The notes under the pieces are model-generated. The model was not told the origin of the DNA. It worked only from the letters and a program-made list of their open reading frames with translations, and did no database searches. Both the position numbers and the translations under genes were made by a program. From the human T2T-CHM13v2.0 reference genome, Homo sapiens, in the NCBI RefSeq assembly GCF_009914755.1, contig NC_060946.1: a DNA stretch of 64,000 bases; one strand, written 5' to 3'. Positions 33,489-44,060 of the stretch are shown piece by piece; within the stretch, counting starts at the first letter, position 1; each line of letters begins with the position of its first letter.

Positions 33489-36400
33489 AATTTTAATGAA
33501 ACCTGCCTCCCAAACAGTATATTGCAGCAATCTTAGAAGAATGCACCACCTCTGGAATAGAGAAGCAGTTGGGAAAGAAGTGTTTCATGTTTCCTACACC
33601 TGGGCAACAGGCAGGCCCCTGACAACCACAAGTAATTCTTTCCTGAGAGCCGGGATCTTGCAACAGCTTGTCATTAGTGCTGTTTAGCATTTAATTTGCC
33701 TTTAGTTAGGTAACAAGCATTTATGGATTACCTGTTAGGAACGAATGCACAGTATGGGAACAGAGGGATGAATGAGGCACAGACTCTGCTCACAGCCTAC
33801 TTGGACTAGAAATATCTACTCAGGAAAGAAAACTTGAAAGCAGTTAGCAAATGCAAACCGATATACCACTACAGGGAATCATCACTCTTTCCGAATTCAA
33901 GGCTCTAACTGCTGGCACACTTCTAAGGAAAAAAGATATGCGTTTCTGCATCCCGTCTCATGATGGGAGTGAAGATATGCCAGTCACGCCTTCTGTGGGC
34001 TAAGGAACGGTCCGGCCTTCTCTTCCTCTGCAGAGTCCGGGCGTGATGGAGACGCAGGATGGAGGCAACCATCACCCATTGAAAAACAGCCTGTCTGCCA
34101 GATCTGGTGACCCCCCCCTAAGGTCCTTGGTAAAAACTGAGGCCTAGTTGTGTCCAGGATGGCAGTGAGCTGGGATTCATTCATGGCAGCCCCCAGGAGA
34201 TTGCGTTTTTAAACCAGCCCAAGGCATGTGGTGGACATGGATTGGCAGCACCTACAGATAACGGGGAAGGCTTTCCAAGGGGCCAAACGGTCCATAGCAG
34301 TTAGGGAAGCGAACGTTAGAAGTGCAGGTCAAGGTCTCAGAGTGAGCAGTGTGGCTGGGCCAGAGAGGGCCTTCCAAGTGCATAGCCAGTGGAGGCAGCT
34401 GGACACAGCTGACATGACAAGGCAAGGCTGGATCCCTCAGACTCTGGGAATGCTCCCAGCCATCAGGCTTCACGGAGCACTGCTTCTGTGCTAAGTTCCT
34501 GATGCCAAGGAAAGTGAGAGAGACATGGCCCTGGCCTCAAGAAGCTTTCCCGGCAGATGGCCGTGTATCCGGGATATGTTAAGGGAGGTGTAATATTAAC
34601 CAAAAGTGGAGCTCTGAGCTCCTACCCTTGGCAGAGGGCTTCTTGGAGTAGATCATGCCTGGACTGTGCCCAAGGGCGTCTTGGAGTAGATCGTGCCTGG
34701 ATCGCACTGAATCAGTGTAAGCTGGGTCAAGTCGGGGAATGGCAACCCAGGCGGAGGGAAGTGCATACTTGGGACACGGAGGGCACAGACAAGCCGTGGT
34801 TCTCTGGCAGTGAGATGGGTGCCAGGCCACAAACTGGATCTGAGAGATTATTTCCCCATCTGGGAACTGCATGTACTATGGATTGTAAAGGGTCAACCTG
34901 AGAGACAGAAACAGGGAAAAGGCCCTCAACCATTCACTTCAGTGTCTGGGGATGCCTGGACTGGGGAAGAGTCTCTGGCTGGCTCCAATGCGGTCTCTGC
35001 TTCTGCAGAGGGGGCCTTGCTCACACAGTCTTCAGACTTGCATTCCCAGCTGGTGCCCAGCACCACGAATATATGGGAAGATAACAACTCTAAAGAGGGA
35101 TAAAATGTATTTTTTGGTCGGTTTTTATTTTTCAAACACATTTAGCATTCTCTGGTTTTTAAAAAATGCTTTTAATAGAGCACAGACTCCTTTCCTCAGT
35201 GGTGAGGAGACAGATTTAAGGGCTGTAGCTCAGACAGTCAGTGCCAGCTAGCATTCAGGGATCCAAGTGTGAGAATCAAATTGTCGTTTGATGTGTGGAT
35301 TTGGCAAAGGCTCAGCACGCCTTGGAGACGGTGCCCGTGGCCCACACTGGGTGGCAGGTGCTTCTGCCTTGGGCTCTCTGCTCCTGCCGGCCGGGCCTGT
35401 CATCGGCTGAAAAGCCGGCATCTCCCACACCCATCAGCTCCTCTCTGGAGCTGAGTCGCTGGACACTGTGACCACACTTAAGAGGCACAGCATGCTCCTG
35501 CTGGGTGGAATTTTAGGACACCTGGTCTGTGACCTCTTCATTATGACATAAAAGGGACCTTCCCTGCAGTCCCACAAATAGGAACAGAGCAGCACTGGAG
35601 CTGGCGCCCGACTCCCGGCAGGGAAGGGTTCTGTCCTCATTTGGGCGTATTCTGTTTCTGCCCACCTGGTGTGTGCCCTCCCTGACTCCTGCCCCATTTC
35701 CAGACCCGGCTCACGCGTACTTCTCACACTAAGCAGTCTCACTGAAGCCACCGCTTGGAATCTGCGGTGTTTACTGTCTGCCCCGCCCCTTTTGTTTGCC
35801 CGTTTGTTATGGAGGCGTGTGTTTAAACGGGCAAAGCAGCGTGCTGCCAGGGACACCAGGAAAGCCCACTTAGCCATCAACTGGAGACTCTGACAACTAG
35901 AAGAAACCTGGAAGGCCACGTGACAGATATGGAGACAGGCTGAGAGAAGGCAAGGGTCATACATGCCTGGGTCATGCAGCCAGCCAGGGACAAAGCCGGG
36001 ACTTTAGAGCCCAGGTCCTCTGCTCCCTGCCAGGCCTCCTTCCACAAGGACGTGGGCGATTGCTGAGAGCAGAGCCCCGAGGGAATGGAATGGAGGGAAC
36101 TTGATTAGAAGGGGGAGAATACCAAGCACAGGGCCTTGCAGAGCAGGTGCTCCTAAATGCCCAAGAGATGCAGGAAGAGAGGGAGAGATGGGAGTGTCAA
36201 GGAAGGGTCTCAGTAGCTCTATGGGCACCACGTTTCTGGGCTTGGGACAGAGAAAGAAGGGCAGAAGGAAGGGCACCGGAAACACAGCTACACCTAGATT
36301 TGGAAAGCCAGTAACCTCGGAAAGGATGGTCCGGACATGGGGAAGACCACGAGCCAGGCTGCACTTGTAGGAAGGACCAGGACCTGAGCCACTGGCAGTA

Positions 36401-37545
36401 AAGAAATGTCACTAAGGAAGTGGGGGCAATGGCAGGAAGTGGGGGTCCAGGGTAAGGAGACAGGAGGCCAGGCTGGGTCTTGTTTGGGAAGATGCAGCCT
36501 CCATGGGCCAAGCAGGAACAGTAGGAAAACCCTGACGGTGCAGTCCCCACTCTCAGGACGTCCCTGTCTCCAAAGGAAACAGCCACACAACACTGAGGTG
36601 GGGCGGTGAGGAAAGCAGGGATCGCTGGGGAGTGTGGGGGATGCACTTGTCCAGCAGAGGAGGCAGGGCTGGGCGGCTCAGTTGAGGGAAGTGATGATTC
36701 TGAGGGCCCTGGCTGGGGTGGCGGCTGCAGAGGGTGGCTCAGAGTGGAGGGGCTGTCCCAGGAGCTGGTGAGCTTACCGGGGACAAGATGTCCCTTGTCA
36801 GGGATGTCACAGAGGCTGTTCCTCAGCTGGGTCATGCTGGGTCACCTGACCCAGGGGCCCTCCCTGTCTTAAAATGCACGTTGTACAATAAAGAGTGGAA
36901 GAGGATGTCAATGGGCAGGAATGGAGCCAAACTCTACGGGAGAACGGAGCTGGCCAGGCAGAGCTGCTGGACACCTGAGGCTCCCTCCTTCCACCACAAA
37001 CACCACTGCCCCATGGCCTAGAGAGGTGGGTAAAAACCGATCTCCACTGAGATCTCCCAGGACAGGGCCTGCACGTGGTGGCGCCTGTACCTGAGGGGGT
37101 CTCTCCGCAGTACTGGGGACATTGTGGATGCCCACCTAGCAGTGCTCACGCACCTCCCCCGGTGCACCACCCGCTGGCAACTGCAGCTTGGCCACTTTGG
37201 GAGCCTGGCTGGCCGGCAGGAGGATGGGGCCAGCACAGCCTCGTTTTATTTATGCTCAAAGGAGCGTCACTGTTCTTAGAACCATCCTCTGACGTGAGCA
37301 GGACAATGACGATCACCACTGTGTAAATCCTGACACTGGACCAGAGGAATTGACTTACCTGCTTCAGGTCAGAGAACCATGGAATCTGTGCTGATCCCTT
37401 TTCAGATGAAGAGCGGGGGGTCGAGGGAAAACAAGTGAACTCCAAATGACTTGGTGTCAGAGCCAGGAGGACAGCAAGGCGCGCCCAGCCCGGGCAGGGG
37501 CAGCAGCTGAAGGCTATCATTTGAGATCAGTTCAGGGTCTTGCTT

Positions 37546-37551
37546 GGCAAG

Positions 37552-37585
<34 letters not shown>

Positions 37586-37643
37586 CAATGCTATGTTGGT
37601 TGGTGTGTGTGTGTGTGTGTGTGTGTGTCAGTGCTATGGCAAG

Positions 37644-37680
<37 letters not shown>

Positions 37681-37698
37681 AGTGCTATGTTGGTTGGT
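37546..37698. repeat. Compound (TG)n microsatellite: three runs with duplicated spacers
   Basis: Spacers GGCAAGAAG, CAGTGCTATG and TGCTATGTTGGTTGGT recur between TG runs. Confidence 0.95.
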
Positions 37699-39359
37699 CC
37701 CCAAAATACTTTTTGGAATCTCAATTGGTCTGTGAAATCAAAATACCAGGCAACCACTGGCTTACGCTTAGAGGGCTCTGACATTCAGGAATGTTCTGTG
37801 GATTGTTGTGTAAAATAACAAAGGACTAGGCTGAGGGCTGCCCAGGACTCTCTCCCATTCCCTGCCTGTCCAGGTGACCCTCAACCTCAGGACACAGCTC
37901 AAATCCCACCCGCACTCCCATGCAACTGCCAACCTGATGGCTCCCTCCTCCTGACCCTGGCTCCCTCACAGTCCTCACAGCACCTTTTGCCTTGGCTTGT
38001 TTTCCCTGCCTTAGCTCCAGGTGAGCACAGCCAGAACCATGCTCAGAAGCCAGCACACGAAGGCCTGCAACTGCAGACCCCTAAGGAACCTTGGAGATGC
38101 TCTCAGACAGTGCCCACCTCACTTTGCAGATGGAGTGACTCACAGCTGGGACAAAGGTCCACTCGCTCTTGCCCCTGCAGTCTACCCACAAAGCAGCCAG
38201 GAGAGCTTCTAAAAATGCAAAGCAGGTGGCGTTCTTCTGAATAAGCCCTCCCATGGCTCCCTATCTTAGTACAAAAGCTGAAATCTCATGACCTGTGAGG
38301 CCCTCCAGCTGGCTCGCAGCCACCCCTCCAAAACCGAGTGCCTGCCAGCGCATTGCCCACCCAGCTGCAGCCAGGCCCCCCACTGCTCAGCACCATCTCC
38401 TCAGAGGCCCCCCCATTCTTCCACGGGCATGTTCCCTATCCCCTTAGAGCACGCTTGGGCCTGAACTGATCTTGGGTTCTGTCGCCTGTCTACCCCACTG
38501 GAATGCAAACTCCACAGAGGCAGGGCTTTCTCTGTCCCCTGCCGCATCCACAGTGCCGGGAACAGTGCCTGGCATGGAGCAGGTGCAGTCGAATGACCGA
38601 CTCCATGAAGTGAGGTGAGTCACCCACCACGCAGGGAAGAGTGGACATGGGTAAACAGGCGCTGCCTGGGCTCCAGGCACACTGACTGCATCCTGGCTGC
38701 TTGACTGATGTGGTTAATAAATTACTAGAAGGCAAGCCCTCTAGGGCACAGCAGACTGGATACTTGATTAACCCAGGGTCTGTGTTAATTCCAGGTGCCA
38801 AAATAATTTCTAGAATTTCACCTGAGACCTAGAGGTAGTTCATTTGAAAATAAACATGATTTTCCAGAAGGCTCGAGCTTTCTCAAGGAAAGCAATGCCC
38901 TGGACTCTCCTTCCACAGGAAATCAGGAAGACAGGCTTTGGAATTCCCAGTGGGGAAGCACAGTTGGAGGGGCCGGCCTCGGGCACCACAGTGCGCAACG
39001 CTGAACACAGGGCTCCCAGGCAGAGACTGGGAGGTCCCGACACCTGGACCCACAGGTGCACCCGCATCTCCCATGCTTTTACCCTTTCTCCTCCACCCCA
39101 TTTATAGAAGTGATCAGAGGTGAATGAGGAAATAGTGGGGGAACTGACCCCCTGGAAAGTCTGAATTTGAGTGAAATAATGGGGAGAAGTGAACCCCTGG
39201 AAAGTCTGAATTCTGCTTCATCAAAGCCCAACACGGGCCTGTTTCCCTCTGCTGTCAACCCCAGGGAATGGGGTGTCAACGGGGCCCACAGTCATATTGT
39301 CCCAAGCACCGACAGCACCGCTGCAGGGACCCCTCTACCCCCACAAGCAGAAACGCTCG

Positions 39360-40862
39360 ACGCAACGCCGGGAACATGTCTTTATTAAAGATGCAAGCAA
39401 GCACAGAAGGATCATGTGTAGTGCTCAGTAACATCCATACAGTACTAAAAATAGAAAAATATAAATGAAATTTCACAGAAAGCAGCCTCCCTCACAGAAA
39501 CACAGGCAAGGTGCTGCCGAGCCCACCATGCGATGCCACGTGCCACCTGCCTGGCCACGCTTCTCCCCATTACAAACAAAAACACAAGCTTCTCTCTACA
39601 CCCGTTTCAAATACAGCACCAAGAACGGAGACCCCTTCCACAGCAGCGACCCTCCTGACCACCACTTTGGGTGCTTTCCAGCCACATAAATGACAGACAA
39701 CCCCGGTCCCCACGGGGTTGGCTGGCTACTGGCCCCCGACTCTCCATCGCTTCAGCGAATGTGGGTGAGAAAATTAGGCAGTGAAGCAATAAAGACCTCA
39801 CCTTTACTCCCTCAGATACACGGAGGGATGAGGTGGACAGAGACGCAGGCGGCCGTGCCAACCTGATCCGAGTGAAACAGGGCTACACTCGCAAAATGGT
39901 CCTCCCACGGCTGAGCGCCTCAGGTGCACAGAACAAACTGAATGATAAAGACCCGGGGATTTTAGAAATTTACTATTAAGCATCTGCTTGCCAGCATTAG
40001 TAGGCTATCACTTCAGGAAACAAAGTAAGGCTGTGGAATTCAGCTCAAATTCCGAGCGCAACTCGGTCCTTTGGTGGCCGACTCTCCACCCACTGCATGC
40101 AAATGCTCCTGACTGCATTAGACTCCCACCTGCCAGCCTCACCAGGCAGACTTCCCTCAGCACATGCTCCGCGGGCTCCTCTGCATTGGGCCTTTGGAGC
40201 CGCCCGCTGGAAGTCTCTGGCAGAAGGACGTCCATTCTGAAGACCTAGTGAACAATTTCTGCTCATTTCAGGAAGGTTCTGAAGAAGTGAACTCCGTCAG
40301 AATAAACAAGTGTCCAGATTCCCCCCAACAGACCCAACTCATCCTCTGTTCTCACCACTATCTCAGAACCAAGTGAGAACAGAATGGCTGTGCCTTAGAT
40401 AATAAAACTACAAAAATAAAGAGTTAACCCTGAGATCTTTCTACCATTCGGGTGTGGCTCGCTCCTGATTCCCCTTGGAAATGAACTTTTATTTGGTTTA
40501 CTGACATTTATGTAGATTTCCAGTGAAAAGCTCTATAAAATACAATAAATAATACGGGGTTGAAAAGGCAGACATTCTAGTTGCATATATTACAGGCTTT
40601 ATCCTTACGGTCCAGGCCATTGGAACTGCAATGTGGAGACTGTTTGTAATCAGACATGGAGAGGCTGCACGTTCTAAAGGCGAGACAGCTGCTTTCGGTT
40701 GGGAATCATCACACTCCCTCCGCTCACGCCGCTCTTCCCTTCCCCCGCTGTTTCACACGCTGCTTCCAGAGTTTGTCCAGCAAGGAATAAATGAATGCAT
40801 ACAGGACTTTTGGCTAGTAGACTGTCTGGGTATTGTGAGCATGCAGGTTGTTGTTTCTGTTA
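39360..40862 (-). other. SULT4A1: SULT4A1 3'UTR (exon 7, ~1.5 kb)
   Basis: Unique sequence between the stop codon and the distal AATAAA. Confidence 0.85.
39381..39386 (-). terminator. SULT4A1: SULT4A1 distal polyadenylation signal AATAAA
   Basis: TTTATT on the plus strand, with U-rich sequence upstream and GU-rich sequence downstream in transcript sense. Confidence 0.8.
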
Positions 40863-40975
40863 TTATAAATAAAAGTCAAACGTGAGGTCACACTTTCCCA
40901 TCTTCTGTTTATACACCAAGTCAAACTTCTCATTCATGGAGACGGTGAAGATGTCCTTCCACAGCCCAACTCTTC
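40863..40975 (-). CDS. SULT4A1: Sulfotransferase 4A1, coding part of exon 7
   Basis: TTCAG|GA acceptor; (G)RVGLWKDIFTVSMNEKFDLVYKQKMGKCDLTFDFYL then TAA TAA; contains the KxxxTVxxxE dimerisation motif. Confidence 0.97.
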
Positions 40976-42375
40976 CTGAAACGCAAACAAGAGAACTGCT
41001 GGGGCCACTTGCTGTCCGGCCAGCTACTGAACTAAAGGAAGCCTTGGAAATGGATCTGGAACATTCCAGATCTATTCCTGGATCCCTTTGAACTTGGCCT
41101 ATGGGGGCAGGAAGGGCCGTCTGAGCTACAGACCAGGTGGTCCCCTAACATTTGTGAAACTACTGGATGCGGCAGAACATGACCTGAACCAGCTTCCCTC
41201 TGAGGCTGTGGCACAGTGAGCCACAACCACCTCCTGGTGCCATTCCACACCCCCCGCTGGGGCCCACCAGGGAGACTCTACTCCTGTTCAGTGCTGGGTC
41301 CCCAGCACCTAGAACGGCACCTGGCACGTGGCAGGTGTTTAATAAACATCCCAGGAGCGAGTATGATCTGCCGCGGGAGTGCACTGCTCTGGGCATCACA
41401 GGCAGCCCTGGCCCTTCCCACGCCATTATCCACTCACAGCTCAACAGTGCCACCAAGGCGTCATTGGCTTCGGGAGAATTTGAAAAGGAAAAAAAAATCA
41501 TTCAAAGTGCAGAAAATTTTACACTAAGTAGGAAGCCCTCCTGACTGGGCCAAAGATGCAGATTTCAAGAAGCCTGCCCTGGCAAACCCTGGGGAGGAAT
41601 TTAAAGTGAATCAAATAGTCGCAGCATTAGCTAGCTTTACAGACTAGATGCAAAACATGCACTGCAGTGAGAATTCCCTGAGTCAACAATAAAATGAGTC
41701 TGGGCACAGCCCCCAGCTGCTCTAGCCCAGGCTTAGTCAGAAACCCAGACCTCTTCCTGGCAGCCACAAGGGAGGGCTGAGCTGTGGGATAAACTGCAGG
41801 CACCGGTCTACGCTGGTTTATGAAGGCTTTGGAAAAACGAAAGACAGCTCAACATGACAAGAGAAGTTGTTGCTCCCATTGTCTTTGTTAATATAAAATC
41901 TTAGGTTGGTCTAGTCCAATAGCAACGGTGACCGTGAAGATGTCTGGGGCGGGGATTCCAAACTTCCCAGTTATGGGAGCTGTGAGCACATCACCCGAGT
42001 ACTGCCTCCCTGCTTTTGAAGAACTGCTCGTTTAGAATTCTTTCCATTGTCAGCTCTCTGAGATCAGAGCTCTGTCTCCAGCAAATGTCCTTCACTAGCT
42101 CCGTTATTAACAGCGGTCCTTGTCCAGGCAGGACCTCAGGTTTTTCAAACTGCAACCCTGCAAATGCTGAGCTAAAATACCCAACGTAACACGGACTTTC
42201 TCTTTGGTAACAAAAAATTATCAGTGTTGGAGAGAAAAACAAGAAAAATTATTCTTGTAACCCTTTAATGATACCTAAGGGGCAAAATTAGAAGCTGCTA
42301 GAGCAACCAAACTATTTTTCCATGATTATTTTTCTCAGCTGAGACAGCTGAGAGCTCGTCAGAGGAGTCACCCAC

Positions 42376-42502
42376 CTGGTTTAGGATTTGGAATCAAGAC
42401 AATTTATGCTGTGACATGAATCAAATCTAAGCAATGCAGCTGGCTACTCGGCCCTGCATTCTCACCAACTCAAGAAGATCTTCCGAGCAAAGACGCAATG
42501 TG
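42376..42502 (-). other. SULT4A1: SULT4A1 alternative stop-containing cassette exon (6p), 127 nt
   Basis: Acceptor TTTTCTTTTAG|CA; in frame with exon 6 gives AHCVFARKIFLSW* (TGA 42464-42462), matching the short-isoform C-terminus as I recall it; donor CAG|GTGGGT. Confidence 0.8.
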
Positions 42503-42617
42503 CTAAAAGAAAACAAATCAAAGAACTGAAATAAAGCAAAACCAAGGTAAACCATGATAAAGCAAACCCAAGGGAAGGAGCATATGGGCACACAGTATGT
42601 TCTCGACGCTGCTTCAC

Positions 42618-42644
42618 CACACACACACACACACACACACACAC
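42618..42644. repeat. (CA)13, read as (UG)13 in the SULT4A1 pre-mRNA
   Basis: Direct reading. Confidence 0.95.
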
Positions 42645-43921
42645 GTGAACCAAAAGGGGTATTTTGGAGAAGGTCACATCCAAGGATAACAAAACACAGC
42701 AAAAGCAAAACTAAAAAAGAGCAAATAAATGTTAAATAACAAATATTTATGAAAATGCAGCCAGGAAAGAAGTCGAGAGGGACTGTGGTTCAGTTCACTT
42801 CCTCCTGAGGAGTCCACTGCTCTGCCTTTATAAGAGACGGCACTTTGCACTTGACCTTCAAACCGCCCTTAGCCGTGATCAGCCCCTTTTCAGAGAAGAA
42901 CAAAAAGCCGCAGAAGCTGAAGGCCTGACCTATGTTGCGTTCCCAGAGGGCAGCAGAGCTGAGCTGGAGCCCAGCGCGTCTCTCATCCGCCCCAGGCATC
43001 TCCCACTCCATCTTGTGGGGCTGCTGCTGAACAGAGCCATCCACGTTTCTGGGCCCTCCCTGCAAACATTCTCAACCCAGGAAGTGCCCAACACACCAAG
43101 TGTCCATCAGGTTCATACTTACCAACAGGGGGCCTCCTATGGCCAAGGCCAGCACCCTGGGATTCAGGGGTTTTAGAGCCTGGGCTCTCCATCATCAAAG
43201 CCAAATGCCACACACCCTTAAGGACAGGGGGAGCAACCCAGGTGGATCTGGGGAGGATTCCTGTCAGGAACACTGTCCCCATCTCCAGCTGCCTCATGCC
43301 CACTGTCACTTGCCGCCAAGAGCAGGAACTGGCCTCCCTCTGTGCAGCGGCTTAGCTTGGTACTGTCTGCTTAAGTTCACCACCCCGAAGTGGGGCTAGG
43401 CCTCACCTGTGCTGCCTGCACCCAGAAGATGCTCAGTCAGCGTCCACTCAGTGAAGGAAGAAAAACGGTGTCTCCTAACTTCCCGCCCACTTCATTTAAC
43501 TCTCCCACAAGTCAGTTAGAGACTGAGAAACCCATCAGCATGCTTTGCGCTTTGACATGTCATAGCACCAAACCCAGTCCCTGGATCTGCTCTGTGGGGC
43601 GTTTGATTTCAGGCCATCTGAGTAGACTCCCTGCTGAGAAACATCCCGCCCACAAAGCCTGAAATGCACTTTTTCAAGTCAAAACACTGTTTGCTTGGAG
43701 GCAATGCAAACACCAGCGGGCAGGGTACTCCGTCACTCCATGAGCACTGTGCCATCCATGGGCACCAGCTAACAGAGCACAGGCCATGGGCCAGCTACAG
43801 ACTGCTGTAAAAGGAGAGCAGGGAGGGCAACAGGGACGGGACTCGGCTCCCTAAGCAGGCAGAGAAAGCAGCCTGGCTGGGGTGGGGAGTGCCTGGGCGG
43901 GAGGCAGGGTGGGGCACGTAC

Positions 43922-44060
43922 CCCGGCCCACGGGCAGGGCCTCAGCGTTGCAGCACTGGTCCACCAGCTGGTGGCAGTGCTCCGTCAGGGCTTCCAGCTG
44001 GGCCTTGTCACAGGACACCCCCAGGAATCTGGCCAGCTGCTCCACCATCGTCACCAGGTC
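43922..44060 (-). CDS. SULT4A1: SULT4A1 exon 6 (139 nt)
   Basis: TTCCAG|GAC...CGGG|GTACGT; DLVTMVEQLARFLGVSCDKAQLEALTEHCHQLVDQCCNAEALPVGR. Confidence 0.97.
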
